Shown here piece after piece: positions 47,363-55,488 of a stretch of DNA of 64,000 nucleotides (its first letter is position 1; each line of letters begins with the position of its first letter). The position numbers and the translations under genes are program-made. The stretch is from a virus: positions 8,497 through 72,496 of the IMG/VR virus record IMGVR_UViG_3300032182_000187, one strand, 5' to 3'. The notes under the pieces are model-generated. The model was not told where the DNA came from and ran no database searches. It saw only the letters and a list, made by a program, of their open reading frames with translations.

Positions 47363-47486
47363 GCAAATCATGGGGCAGGTCCTCTTCAGGTGCAAAGGTA
47401 ATCATTTCCTCTGCTTCATGTAGGATCTTGAGACGAAGTGTCTCATCATTGAAATAATCTTGGGTGAGATCTTCCTGGTAGGTCAT
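47346..47486 (-). CDS. Small acidic protein (not in ORF track)
   Basis: 46 aa MTYQEDLTQDYFNDETLRLKILHEAEEMITFAPEEDLPHDLLDKFD; ATGA overlap with the upstream gene. Confidence 0.65.
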   Translation of the reverse strand: MTYQEDLTQDYFNDETLRLKILHEAEEMITFAPEEDLPHDLLDKFD

Positions 47487-47683
47487 GCTGGTTCAATAAT
47501 GTTGTTGAGTCCTGGTGTGTGAATGAGACAGACGTTTTTGCTGCGATCAGCAAATTCTTTGATGCAAATAGACATATAATGCCTATCAGGATCAGAATAG
47601 ACTACTCTACCGAGAAATCCATTAATCCTGACTTGTGCTCCAACTGGATACATATCGTCGCTCGGTGATCGGTTGTTCTTCAT
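47483..47683 (-). CDS. Hypothetical protein
   Basis: 66 aa; start may be internal (MYPVG). Confidence 0.6.
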   Translation of the reverse strand: MKNNRSPSDDMYPVGAQVRINGFLGRVVYSDPDRHYMSICIKEFADRSKNVCLIHTPGLNNIIEPA

Positions 47684-47879
47684 GGCATATGCTTAAAGAA
47701 TCGGGATAGAGTGTCGCAGCAATGTAGTGTGCTTGCTCAGGTGACGATGCAATAACATATGTACGGACAAAGTAGAAAGTTTCTTCTTCTCCGTCGCCCA
47801 TGGGCATTTCAATTTCAAGTTCGTAGACATGTCCTGAACGGAGATGACTAGCGAATCCGTGGACTACATCAGCAATCAT
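47622..47879 (-). CDS. Hypothetical protein
   Basis: 85 aa; YVIASS...AHYIAATLYPD. Confidence 0.65.
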   Translation of the reverse strand: MIADVVHGFASHLRSGHVYELEIEMPMGDGEEETFYFVRTYVIASSPEQAHYIAATLYPDSLSICHEEQPITERRYVSSWSTSQD

Positions 47880-48021
47880 ATTCTAATGTCGCTGGTAGGT
47901 CCGCTTGTTCTTTTAGGATCTCGTTCTCCTTACGTAGTTTGTTGTTTTCCTCTTGGAGGAACTTTACTAAGTCAGACATCTCTTGGACTAGAGCATCTGC
48001 TTGTTGAGTGGATACGACCAT
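47869..48021 (-). CDS. Small coiled-coil protein (not in ORF track)
   Basis: 50 aa MVVSTQQADALVQEMSDLVKFLQEENNKLRKENEILKEQ...; CTAAATA at 48048-48054 upstream. Confidence 0.65.
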   Translation of the reverse strand: MVVSTQQADALVQEMSDLVKFLQEENNKLRKENEILKEQADLPATLEYDC

Positions 48022-48050
48022 GTTTAATACCGTGTCGGAATCAGATGTAT

Positions 48051-48185
48051 TTAGAGGAACTCATACATGAAGTAATCAACTGTTACTTCAAGACGTGCTG
48101 CTTCCTCTTCAATTGCTTTAGTGAACAGCAAATCAATGTCACCATCCTCATATTGTTGGAGGATATCAAGTTGGTCATTAGTCAT
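48051..48185 (-). CDS. Small acidic cyanophage-type protein (not in ORF track)
   Basis: 44 aa ending EEEAARLEVTVDYFMYEFL. Confidence 0.7.
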   Translation of the reverse strand: MTNDQLDILQQYEDGDIDLLFTKAIEEEAARLEVTVDYFMYEFL

Positions 48186-48369
48186 CAAGGTCTTGCTCCA
48201 TGAAATCAAGTAGTTTTTGATACAGATTGCTTGAATCTACATCGCATTGTTGTTGAAAGAATGCCTCATCTCGTGTTGATAACTGTTGCATGGCGGAGAT
48301 GAGAAATTCTGATTCGTTGTACGTAAGTGTGCATTCCATTGCCTGATTACTCCTGCAATAATAAAACAA
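48178..48369 (-). CDS. Hypothetical protein
   Basis: 63 aa in the track; true start is probably the internal MECTLTY. Confidence 0.55.
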   Translation of the reverse strand: MFYYCRSNQAMECTLTYNESEFLISAMQQLSTRDEAFFQQQCDVDSSNLYQKLLDFMEQDLDD

Positions 48370-48482
48370 TTAGTAATGAGATAAGAAAGGAGTATAACAG
48401 TACGTAAGAGAGCAATATTGTCTGCCTCTCTGTCATTACGTCCCTCCTTTCTTCCTAATGCTAAACTCCATAGTCTCCACAT
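48237..48482 (-). CDS. Small membrane protein
   Basis: MWRLWSLALGRK...ADNIALLRT...ITNCFIIAGVIRQW; one hydrophobic segment. Confidence 0.65.
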   Translation of the reverse strand: MWRLWSLALGRKEGRNDREADNIALLRTVILLSYLITNCFIIAGVIRQWNAHLRTTNQNFSSPPCNSYQHEMRHSFNNNAM

Positions 48483-48622
48483 TACAGTTTAGCAGTGACA
48501 CCTATGATAGTGGCATTAGGATTACGTGCCAGAGCAGTTTCTCTGGCATCCTGATAGTCAGTGGCATGTACAGTCTCGACAAATACTTTGCCTGCCTTGT
48601 ACATTTTTACTTCACAAATCAT
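48482..48622 (-). CDS. Small cyanophage-type protein (not in ORF track)
   Basis: 46 aa MICEVKMYKAGKVFVETVHATDYQDARETALARNPNATIIGVTAKL; overlap-coupled on both sides. Confidence 0.75.
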   Translation of the reverse strand: MICEVKMYKAGKVFVETVHATDYQDARETALARNPNATIIGVTAKL

Positions 48623-48807
48623 GCGTCGTAACCTTCACGACGGAGCATGATACGACGTACATCAATAGCGTCATTCTCATTGGCATAGATGCCAATACGT
48701 ACCCGAGACTCACGATGCACCAGTTCCCAACGATGAGAACCAATGATGCCACGAACAATGTAAGGATTGCCAGTGCCTTGAGGATAGGGTTTCTTTTGGA
48801 ATTGCAT
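48619..48807 (-). CDS. Hypothetical protein
   Basis: 62 aa; ATGA overlap with the downstream gene. Confidence 0.65.
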   Translation of the reverse strand: MQFQKKPYPQGTGNPYIVRGIIGSHRWELVHRESRVRIGIYANENDAIDVRRIMLRREGYDA

Positions 48808-48813
48808 GATGAA

Positions 48814-48951
48814 TCAGTTGAAGTTGTGCAAATTGTGCCACACGGCACCGATGTTCATGTGACCGTGGAAGTACCCTGCAATGATAACACAGAGGGTGAA
48901 GAATATCACCCCCAGGAACATGAGGATAGGTGTGATGGGTTTATCTTGCAT
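48814..48951 (-). CDS. Small membrane protein
   Basis: 45 aa from ATG 48951 (MQDKPITPILMFLGVIFFTLCVIIAGYFHGHM...). Confidence 0.65.
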   Translation of the reverse strand: MQDKPITPILMFLGVIFFTLCVIIAGYFHGHMNIGAVWHNLHNFN

Positions 48952-49348
48952 AGAGATAACCACCAGACCAGTCGGCGTGAGTGTAGAGATACTCACGATC
49001 GCCTTCCTTGAGGATATTATAGCGTATCCCCTTCGCTGGTGCATTGATGCTGGCGGGTTTGTACACATCACCAGTGTTACGATCCACGAAGGCATGGACA
49101 GACCTGCTGTTGCCACTGTCCTTCATCATCACCTTCAGGTAACGACGACCACGAGTGATGTAGAACTCCATGGAAGCACCATGCTCAACGATCTCATCGA
49201 TCTTGGACTGGTGATAGTCCATGTTGATGTCGTTAGCAATGCTCCGCTTGTGGTGGCGGATCTGGTAGTCCTTGAAGTTCATGTAGAGTGCATCACACAG
49301 CATCACAGTGTAGTCCTCGACACGTTCCGCAGTCAGTGTGGTGTTCAT
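48941..49348 (-). CDS. Conserved phage hypothetical protein
   Basis: 135 aa; SVHAFVDRNTGDVYKPAS...PAKGIRYN...ADWSGGYLY; has its own promoter. Confidence 0.8.
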   Translation of the reverse strand: MNTTLTAERVEDYTVMLCDALYMNFKDYQIRHHKRSIANDINMDYHQSKIDEIVEHGASMEFYITRGRRYLKVMMKDSGNSRSVHAFVDRNTGDVYKPASINAPAKGIRYNILKEGDREYLYTHADWSGGYLYAR

Positions 49349-49373
49349 GGGTGGTTCCCTTGATTACTCCGTA

Positions 49374-49430
49374 ATCATAGAGCGTCAAACAGGTCCCTGA
49401 GGTCCATCAGTGCCACTTTGCTCTCTGTCA
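49374..49430 (-). promoter_or_regulatory. Early promoter with upstream box
   Basis: GTGCCAC-N9-TGTCA at 49410-49430; TATGAT 30 nt downstream. Confidence 0.65.
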
Positions 49431-49581
49431 TAGCGGTGATGGTGTCCGACAGTTTGTCGATTATACTCTGGTGCTTCACGCCAGGACTAATAATCTGCTC
49501 TGTTTTTGCGATGTTGTAACTAGAAGTACGTTGCAGACACATAATAATGTGCTGCAACTCTTCTTTAGTGAACTTATTCAT
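49375..49581 (-). CDS. Hypothetical protein
   Basis: 68 aa; ATGA overlap with the upstream gene. Confidence 0.6.
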   Translation of the reverse strand: MNKFTKEELQHIIMCLQRTSSYNIAKTEQIISPGVKHQSIIDKLSDTITAMTESKVALMDLRDLFDAL

Positions 49582-49757
49582 TTTGGTCTGTTGACATGAC
49601 GATCAAACAATCTCATTTGATAACCTTCCCTAAACGCTTGAAGGATGATGTTATCATAGCTATGTGAGTGTAGCGGAATATGTCTGTGCAGAAGATAGTC
49701 TTCACAGTCTTCTGCCAGTTGTTCTTTAAACTCGTGGTCCAATGCATCTAAATTCAT
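49578..49757 (-). CDS. Small hypothetical protein (not in ORF track)
   Basis: 59 aa MNLDALDHEFKEQLAEDCEDYLLHRHIPLHSHSYDNIILQAFREGY...; exactly fills the gap between neighbours. Confidence 0.7.
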   Translation of the reverse strand: MNLDALDHEFKEQLAEDCEDYLLHRHIPLHSHSYDNIILQAFREGYQMRLFDRHVNRPK

Positions 49758-50012
49758 TCAATATCCTGTATAACGGAATACCGCATGTTCCTTGTAATCA
49801 TTCATCTGTTGTTCCAATTGTGTGTTGTTACCAATCTCTTTCATGATGGCATGTTGTTGGATTTCGGTTGGTCTTAAATATTCACCAGTGTCGGGATGCT
49901 TGATTTCAATATCCTCAGTAGTGAGGAAAAAAGCGACAATAGGTGTTTCACCCGAGCGAATTGATGAATACTCATCAAGCCAGGACTTTAGTTGATCTAG
50001 AGTGTAGTACAT
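49758..50012 (-). CDS. Hypothetical protein
   Basis: 84 aa, packed in the array. Confidence 0.65.
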   Translation of the reverse strand: MYYTLDQLKSWLDEYSSIRSGETPIVAFFLTTEDIEIKHPDTGEYLRPTEIQQHAIMKEIGNNTQLEQQMNDYKEHAVFRYTGY

Positions 50013-50190
50013 GAGAGAGAATTTCTTTGGTGGTGGTCATACAGGAACGAGCATAACCAGTGGCATATGCATAACCACAATCAGGGTCAGCATTAGGTGC
50101 ATCATAACATTTTTGAATGGCACTGTCAAGATCCTCAATAAGTTTTGAGAGGATCTCATCATCAATTGTCGAGAGTTGCACGGATGTCAT
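49975..50190 (-). CDS. Cyanophage-type hypothetical protein
   Basis: 71 aa from ATG 50190; GYAYATGYARSCM. Confidence 0.65.
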   Translation of the reverse strand: MTSVQLSTIDDEILSKLIEDLDSAIQKCYDAPNADPDCGYAYATGYARSCMTTTKEILSHVLHSRSTKVLA

Positions 50191-50365
50191 CGAATGAGAT
50201 GTCAGGGAAATGGAGACGGGTTTGCTCGTCTGATTGGTCCCACAGTTTACTATGGATAACCAGAGAGTCAACTTGAAAGAACTGCTCACACTCATCTACG
50301 TCAGTAGCGAGAGCACGTTGAAGGAGTTCGATCAGAAAATCACATTCATCAGCATTGAGTTCCAT
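50162..50365 (-). CDS. Small acidic hypothetical protein
   Basis: 67 aa from ATG 50365, downstream of the promoter at 50388-50444. Confidence 0.65.
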   Translation of the reverse strand: MELNADECDFLIELLQRALATDVDECEQFFQVDSLVIHSKLWDQSDEQTRLHFPDISFDDIRATLDN

Positions 50366-50387
50366 AATGTATATAGCGAACATGATC

Positions 50388-50444
50388 AATATACACAAAA
50401 AAAGCAGGGCGTCTGCCCTGCCTGTGTCAGCGTATAAACTGTCT
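50388..50444 (-). promoter_or_regulatory. Early promoter with upstream box
   Basis: GTGTCAG-N9-TGTCT at 50424-50444; TG-TATATT 30 nt downstream. Confidence 0.55.
50397..50421 (-). terminator. Rho-independent terminator
   Basis: Minus strand GCAGGGC-AGAC-GCCCTGC followed by T7. Confidence 0.85.
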
Positions 50445-50445
50445 A

Positions 50446-50577
50446 CTATGGGTGGACATGACACTCAGTGCCATGACAGTGGTGATTGCCACCATCCCAG
50501 TGAAATGCTCCGTGAGCGATCTCCCAGGTGCTAACAGAAATCACACTAGTTGCGAGAATAGTAAAGAATGTATTCAT
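50446..50577 (-). CDS. His/Cys-rich peptide with a hydrophobic N-terminus (not in ORF track)
   Basis: 43 aa MNTFFTILATSVISVSTWEIAHGAFHWDGGNHHCHGTECHVHP, between a late promoter and a terminator. Confidence 0.65.
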   Translation of the reverse strand: MNTFFTILATSVISVSTWEIAHGAFHWDGGNHHCHGTECHVHP

Positions 50578-50605
50578 CTGAAAATAAAATTGAACGCTTA
50601 CAAAG

Positions 50606-50746
50606 TTATTTATATTCTTTTTCTAGTCTTTCTAATCTATTCTCCAACTCATAGAGGAGATTGGTTGTACCAATGTTTTCCTCTTCTAACCGATCAATCC
50701 TGTCCTCTAATGTTGTGATATACTCTTGTAAGTCATCGTATTGCAT
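50606..50746 (-). CDS. Small coiled-coil protein (not in ORF track)
   Basis: 46 aa MQYDDLQEYITTLEDRIDRLEEENIGTTNLLYELENRLERLEKEYK. Confidence 0.7.
   Translation of the reverse strand: MQYDDLQEYITTLEDRIDRLEEENIGTTNLLYELENRLERLEKEYK
50607..50614 (-). promoter_or_regulatory. T4 late promoter (TATAAATA)
   Basis: Perfect consensus 29 nt upstream of ATG 50577. Confidence 0.7.
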
Positions 50747-50751
50747 TTTTT

Positions 50752-50940
50752 CTACAGCACAGGTTCTTTTATATATGCTCCTGTGTATTTGTAGAGTTTA
50801 TATTTGCAATTGTACCTGTTAATATACTTAACAGCGTGCTCCTCACATGTAAACCAACACTTCTTTTTCTCAGACATGTCATCAAGATAGTATGGAAACA
50901 TCTGCACCCATGGGAACAGTTCTTTCTTCCTACTATTCAT
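50752..50940 (-). CDS. Cyanophage-type hypothetical protein
   Basis: 62 aa from ATG 50940, just after the upstream stop; FPYYLDD...KCWFTCEEH..KYINRY; a longer K/S/T-rich N-terminal extension is possible. Confidence 0.65.
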   Translation of the reverse strand: MNSRKKELFPWVQMFPYYLDDMSEKKKCWFTCEEHAVKYINRYNCKYKLYKYTGAYIKEPVL

Positions 50941-50944
50941 CACC

Positions 50945-51316
50945 TTAATCTCTGGTTTCTTTGCCCTCGCTTTCCGAGTTGTAGTAGTTCCACGTACCGT
51001 TTTCTTCTGGCGAGTAGAAGTAGGGACTGACGAAGGTTTCTTCGTTGATTGCTTTGATGTACTCTTGGTATTTGTCGGTTTCTTCTTGCTCGGTGCTCTT
51101 TTCTTTTTGCTGGGTGTCGATACGGTGCTTGATTTGGTCTTGCTGGTCCTGGGCATACATTTCTCCTGTTGATTCATCATAATACCATGTCCACTCACTA
51201 TCATCGAGACATGTCCACTCATCCTCTAGATCTTCACCAACCCATCGTTTGAGTGCATCGTAGCGATCACGCCACATCTTAACTTCTTCTTCAAGTTGTT
51301 TGATTCTGTCTTCCAT
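50945..51316 (-). CDS. Acidic hypothetical protein
   Basis: 123 aa from ATG 51316, immediately after the carbamoyltransferase stop. Confidence 0.65.
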   Translation of the reverse strand: MEDRIKQLEEEVKMWRDRYDALKRWVGEDLEDEWTCLDDSEWTWYYDESTGEMYAQDQQDQIKHRIDTQQKEKSTEQEETDKYQEYIKAINEETFVSPYFYSPEENGTWNYYNSESEGKETRD

Positions 51317-51317
51317 G

Positions 51318-52820
51318 TCATCTCCTGATAATATCATTGCCAGCAACAACACAATCGAGATCAGATTGATGCAACAGATCTACAGCGTCTTGAATGTGTC
51401 CTGCGATAGGTTTACCATTATTATTTAATGATGTGTTCAATACCATAGGAATTCCAGTAATAGTGTTAAATTTATCAATTAATTGATAATAATATGTGTG
51501 TGATTGATCAACAGTTTGTATTCTAGATGTGCCATCTACATGTGAGATAGCAGGGAATCGATCTGGTTCACGTACATCGGCAACATATAACATATGTGGT
51601 GTAGGATCAGTCCATTTAAAATATACATCAACATGTTCCTCAAGGACCGATGCACCAAATGGTCTAAACCACTCACGATGTTTGACTCTCTGGTTTATAA
51701 TATCCTTACCATTTGGTAGGGTTGGGTTCATCAATATACTACGATTACCAAGTGCTCTCGATCCTATCTCACCCTGTCCTTGATACCATCCAACAATAGC
51801 ACCATTTGCCAACATTTCAGCAACCTCAGTAATAGTTTCCTCTGTTGGTACACTATCAGGTGCCTCATCATCCTGCCAGAATGGGAAACCAGTTCTATCA
51901 AACTCTTCCTCTTGTTGATAATGTTGTCTAAGATATTCTACAATACCAAGACTGAGACCCTCATCACTACAATGTGGTGGAATAACTAATCTCTTATTTC
52001 TAAGAGCACATGTATTTCTGATTGCAGTGTTGAGTACACTATTCTGTGCAACACCACCACTGAATGATATTGTGAGTGCATCTTGTGAAGCAAAGTATTT
52101 ACCAAAGATACGCTCAGTTGCTTCATGCCATAGACCAATGTAATCACATCTACGCTCCCAATCCATCATCTCAAATCCATATACACCCCATACATGGTTA
52201 ATATGCTCAATTGAGAAGCATTCTAATTGTCCTAACAAATGCTGATCGTCTAGCATTCTAGAGAATCCTTTCAATGCCATCAGTTTACCAGCAAAATCAT
52301 AGGGATTGCCTTCAATACCCATGTAATGACCAGCATAGTGTGGCATGATCTGACCAAGACTCATACAATCATCATTGCTATATGCTCGCTGCCTTTCTGT
52401 ATTCCAAAACACAGAGTGTGATAAGTTATCATCACCCCACCCATCAAATACTAATGCTGTGTGTGATCCTTCATCAAGTGGCCATACACTCAACGCATGT
52501 GCCAAATGATGGTCTATTCTATGAATGGGACACTTAAATCCCATCTTCTCAAACACAGGTATGTCGAGATATTCATGAATAATAGTGTCATTTATCTGAA
52601 GATATTCATGTTTATCTGCATCAATGACAATACCAACAGCATCTATCTCAGATGGTGTAACATTCCATCGTTTGAGTACATACTCCCATGATGATAAGTT
52701 ATCAAATCCATGGTGCTTACGCTGTAGATCACGTTCTGACTTATAATACTTTACCTTAACACCGTCTGTATAGGTAATATTAGAGTCATGTTCACACAAT
52801 CTAAGACCAAGGAATTTCAT
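51318..52820 (-). CDS. Carbamoyltransferase (NodU/CmcH/TobZ family)
   Basis: 500 aa; HDS, HHLAHA, DGWGD, GKLMAL, GGVAQN, EIGSRALGNRSIL, KHREWFRPF, HVDGTSRIQTV, LNTSLN. Confidence 0.95.
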   Translation of the reverse strand: MKFLGLRLCEHDSNITYTDGVKVKYYKSERDLQRKHHGFDNLSSWEYVLKRWNVTPSEIDAVGIVIDADKHEYLQINDTIIHEYLDIPVFEKMGFKCPIHRIDHHLAHALSVWPLDEGSHTALVFDGWGDDNLSHSVFWNTERQRAYSNDDCMSLGQIMPHYAGHYMGIEGNPYDFAGKLMALKGFSRMLDDQHLLGQLECFSIEHINHVWGVYGFEMMDWERRCDYIGLWHEATERIFGKYFASQDALTISFSGGVAQNSVLNTAIRNTCALRNKRLVIPPHCSDEGLSLGIVEYLRQHYQQEEEFDRTGFPFWQDDEAPDSVPTEETITEVAEMLANGAIVGWYQGQGEIGSRALGNRSILMNPTLPNGKDIINQRVKHREWFRPFGASVLEEHVDVYFKWTDPTPHMLYVADVREPDRFPAISHVDGTSRIQTVDQSHTYYYQLIDKFNTITGIPMVLNTSLNNNGKPIAGHIQDAVDLLHQSDLDCVVAGNDIIRR

Positions 52821-53178
52821 AATAGTGTTTGGGATCTAAACTAAAGGATTTAATAACTCCATCTACGAAATGGATTCTACAACGAGGATGTCTATCTGGA
52901 CCACTGTATCTCTCTGGATATATCTCAACATAATCAGTAATTAATAATGGTCTGACTTTACCATGAGTACCATTTGGTTTATATGTGAACCACATGGGTG
53001 ATGTGTCATCAGGAACAAAGTCTTGTGTGCCAGATGTATCAATGTGCCATATTCTACCAGATGGATCAATCCAGTAATCATGCATCAAACCACCATCATT
53101 AATATCTTTGGTTTGATTTACACCTTCAAACTCTTTACCAAGTTTGTAAGATGAGCGTACGTGGTCAAACATTCCCAT
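52801..53178 (-). CDS. Conserved phage hypothetical protein
   Basis: Starts MGMFDHVRSSY at 53178; QTKD, YWIDPSG. Confidence 0.75.
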   Translation of the reverse strand: MGMFDHVRSSYKLGKEFEGVNQTKDINDGGLMHDYWIDPSGRIWHIDTSGTQDFVPDDTSPMWFTYKPNGTHGKVRPLLITDYVEIYPERYSGPDRHPRCRIHFVDGVIKSFSLDPKHYYEIPWS

Positions 53179-53180
53179 TG

Positions 53181-53795
53181 TTAATCCTCCCCAACAGCGT
53201 TTTGACAATCAGTATATTCAGAATACATCCAACCAGTCACAAGATATTTAACTTCAGATTTTGGTGGATATCCTCTATGTTCATATTGCCAGGTTGCAGG
53301 AAATACTATTAATTTACCTGTCTCTGGTTGAACTTTAGTTCCATCGATAAATTCGGTGTAACCATCTTCTACAACATCATTGAGATACCAAATAAATGTT
53401 GCTATACGAACATCTAATTTGTTTTCTTTTTCTCTATATCTTGGCATACCATCATGATGCCAGACATAAAATCCTCCTGGTTCAGTTCTCTGTATTTGAT
53501 AACCAGAGTCTTCAACTGGTCGTTTGAATTCATGATAAATTTTGTCCCCTGGCAATTGGTTGACATATTCATCGAATGAAGTGTTTAATGATTTAAAGAA
53601 CACTTCATCCTCTTCACCCCAATCTTCATATGCACTAATCAATAAATCTGTTGATTGTTTTACTTCTGGTACATAACCTGAACCAGTCTTACCTGGAATC
53701 GTACGTTCATCGGCATTAAATTTTTCAATAACGTGGGCACAAAATTCAGGTGTCAATGCATTGTTTTTAATCCAAATGTAATCACTTAGTTTCAT
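53181..53795 (-). CDS. 2OG-Fe(II) oxygenase (prolyl-4-hydroxylase-like)
   Basis: 204 aa; GFYVWHHD (HxD), FIWYLND, GYTEF, FPATWQYEHRG, KY. Confidence 0.9.
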   Translation of the reverse strand: MKLSDYIWIKNNALTPEFCAHVIEKFNADERTIPGKTGSGYVPEVKQSTDLLISAYEDWGEEDEVFFKSLNTSFDEYVNQLPGDKIYHEFKRPVEDSGYQIQRTEPGGFYVWHHDGMPRYREKENKLDVRIATFIWYLNDVVEDGYTEFIDGTKVQPETGKLIVFPATWQYEHRGYPPKSEVKYLVTGWMYSEYTDCQNAVGED

Positions 53796-54030
53796 GTTCC
53801 TTTTCTACAGATTTAATCAATTTGTCCATACGTCTCTCGAAAAACCAACGAGAGATCTTGTTGCTAGGGTGAAATTGAATAATATACCAGTATCGCCTGA
53901 TATTAATCCACACTAGTTTCATTCGCAATACTATGTAGTCAGCGACATTTCTGTCAATTGTGACAACATATAACAAGAGTGCAAAGGTTGAGAACCACAA
54001 CCAAAACCATGTGTCATAGACCATCATCAT
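53782..54030 (-). CDS. Small membrane protein
   Basis: 82 aa; aromatic N-terminal hydrophobic segment. Confidence 0.65.
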   Translation of the reverse strand: MMMVYDTWFWLWFSTFALLLYVVTIDRNVADYIVLRMKLVWINIRRYWYIIQFHPSNKISRWFFERRMDKLIKSVEKEHETK

Positions 54031-54232
54031 CCTCGAAACTTAGGTATTCTATTGCCTTTTTCTGTTTATTGAAATATTTACGACACTTCTTAACTTCTTT
54101 CAGTTCATCTTTGATCATCTGATATGCATCCTCGGCAGTGATTCTCTTTGCCATCTCCATAGCAGTGATCATCTCTACCCTGGTGCCGAAGTGTTTAAGT
54201 GCCTCCTCAAAACAATTTAGTGACTCGTACAT
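54014..54232 (-). CDS. Small helical protein resembling a conserved cyanobacterial hypothetical family
   Basis: 72 aa; LKHFGTRVEMITAMEMAKRITAEDAYQMIK. Confidence 0.7.
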   Translation of the reverse strand: MYESLNCFEEALKHFGTRVEMITAMEMAKRITAEDAYQMIKDELKEVKKCRKYFNKQKKAIEYLSFEDDDGL

Positions 54233-54250
54233 GTGAATCCTTCAACTATA

Positions 54251-55468
54251 CTATTTAATATCGATAGCGGGTTCACCCTTATCGAAGATAGTTGATACAA
54301 CCTCGTTCAAACGTTGACGAGTGTTCTTACCGTAGTTCTTGAACACAGGCACAGTAACAAAACCAGTGCTCTTGCGATACATGGAGAAGTTACCAGCAGG
54401 GATTTTGCCAGACTGAATGTCAGCACTGTCCTCTTTGTTGAGACGAATCACACGACCAATAGTCTGTGCCATCTCAATGACAGGGAGATTACGGAGAAGA
54501 ATAGTATGTGTCAGACCACTCACATTGATGCCTTCAGAAAGAATGCTGTAGTGGAAAATGATGAACTTACGATCACGCTGCATACCCCAACGATTAAGAG
54601 TCTGGAAGAACTCATCACGGGTCACTTTTTGTTGATTGACATAGGCACCATGCTTGCTGGTGATGTGCATGACATCATAACCACGCTGAGAGAGGTCTGT
54701 AAGGACCTGTGTGGTCGATAGCATGTTCCACAGTACCTTTGTGCTAGGAGCAGCGACAAGGACCTTCTGGGCGTTGCTAGCGTCCAGTCTGTCAATCATG
54801 TCGATGAGAGTCTGTGCATCATTCTCAGCAGCATTTGATTTGCATCGCTCGATGTCAACCTCATGGATATCAATCGTAGGACGCAGAATGCTGCCCTGTT
54901 GTACAAGTTCAGGTGCAGGCACGTTAGCAATAATATCACCGAAGATGATACGATTGTTCATGCCATTGCCATTCCTTCTATGCTTAGGAGTAGCAGTGAA
55001 GTAATAATAGTTGTCAGCATCACAAACACTGACATAATCAAAGAAATCTTTGCGTACTCCATTGTGTGCTTCATCGAAGTAAGCAACACTGATGTCAATC
55101 TCAGACTCATTAACACGACGCAGTGAGTTGTAGGTAGTGAAGATGATCTTGTGATTGTCAACGATCTCATCCCACTCTTGAATGACAGATGCTTTGGTGG
55201 TGCTCTTGTAGCGTGTCTCTCCACTGTGGACATGGAGAACGTTGGCACAGTCAATAAACTCCATGAACTCACTGCAGAGTTGCTCTGCAAGCAAGATACG
55301 TGGAGCACAGACAACGATGGTCTGGGGTGTGGTAGCGTTCTCGATGCGACGGAGAGCATCAAAGATCATGATCAAGGTCTTGCCAGCACCTGTGGGAGCA
55401 ATGACCTGACCATGTGTGTGCGTGGACAGAGCGTTGAGTGCTCGCTGCTGGTGGGGGCGAAGTTCCAT
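54251..55468 (-). CDS. Superfamily 2 (DEAH-type) helicase/ATPase
   Basis: 405 aa; LRPHQ Q-motif, APTGAGKT Walker A, FDEAH, TATP, LSEGIN, QTIGRVIR. Confidence 0.92.
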   Translation of the reverse strand: MELRPHQQRALNALSTHTHGQVIAPTGAGKTLIMIFDALRRIENATTPQTIVVCAPRILLAEQLCSEFMEFIDCANVLHVHSGETRYKSTTKASVIQEWDEIVDNHKIIFTTYNSLRRVNESEIDISVAYFDEAHNGVRKDFFDYVSVCDADNYYYFTATPKHRRNGNGMNNRIIFGDIIANVPAPELVQQGSILRPTIDIHEVDIERCKSNAAENDAQTLIDMIDRLDASNAQKVLVAAPSTKVLWNMLSTTQVLTDLSQRGYDVMHITSKHGAYVNQQKVTRDEFFQTLNRWGMQRDRKFIIFHYSILSEGINVSGLTHTILLRNLPVIEMAQTIGRVIRLNKEDSADIQSGKIPAGNFSMYRKSTGFVTVPVFKNYGKNTRQRLNEVVSTIFDKGEPAIDIK

Positions 55469-55488
55469 GGTGTGGGGTGATTACATAG

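Noticed and set aside
50941-51222. Histone-like K/S/T-rich N-terminus overlapping the acidic gene
   Set aside because: It is most simply the shifted-frame shadow of a Glu/Asp/Gln-rich gene; ATG 50940 sits just after that gene's stop.
54251-55468. Helicase as a restriction-modification or defence subunit
   Set aside because: There is no adjacent methyltransferase and no nuclease domain.
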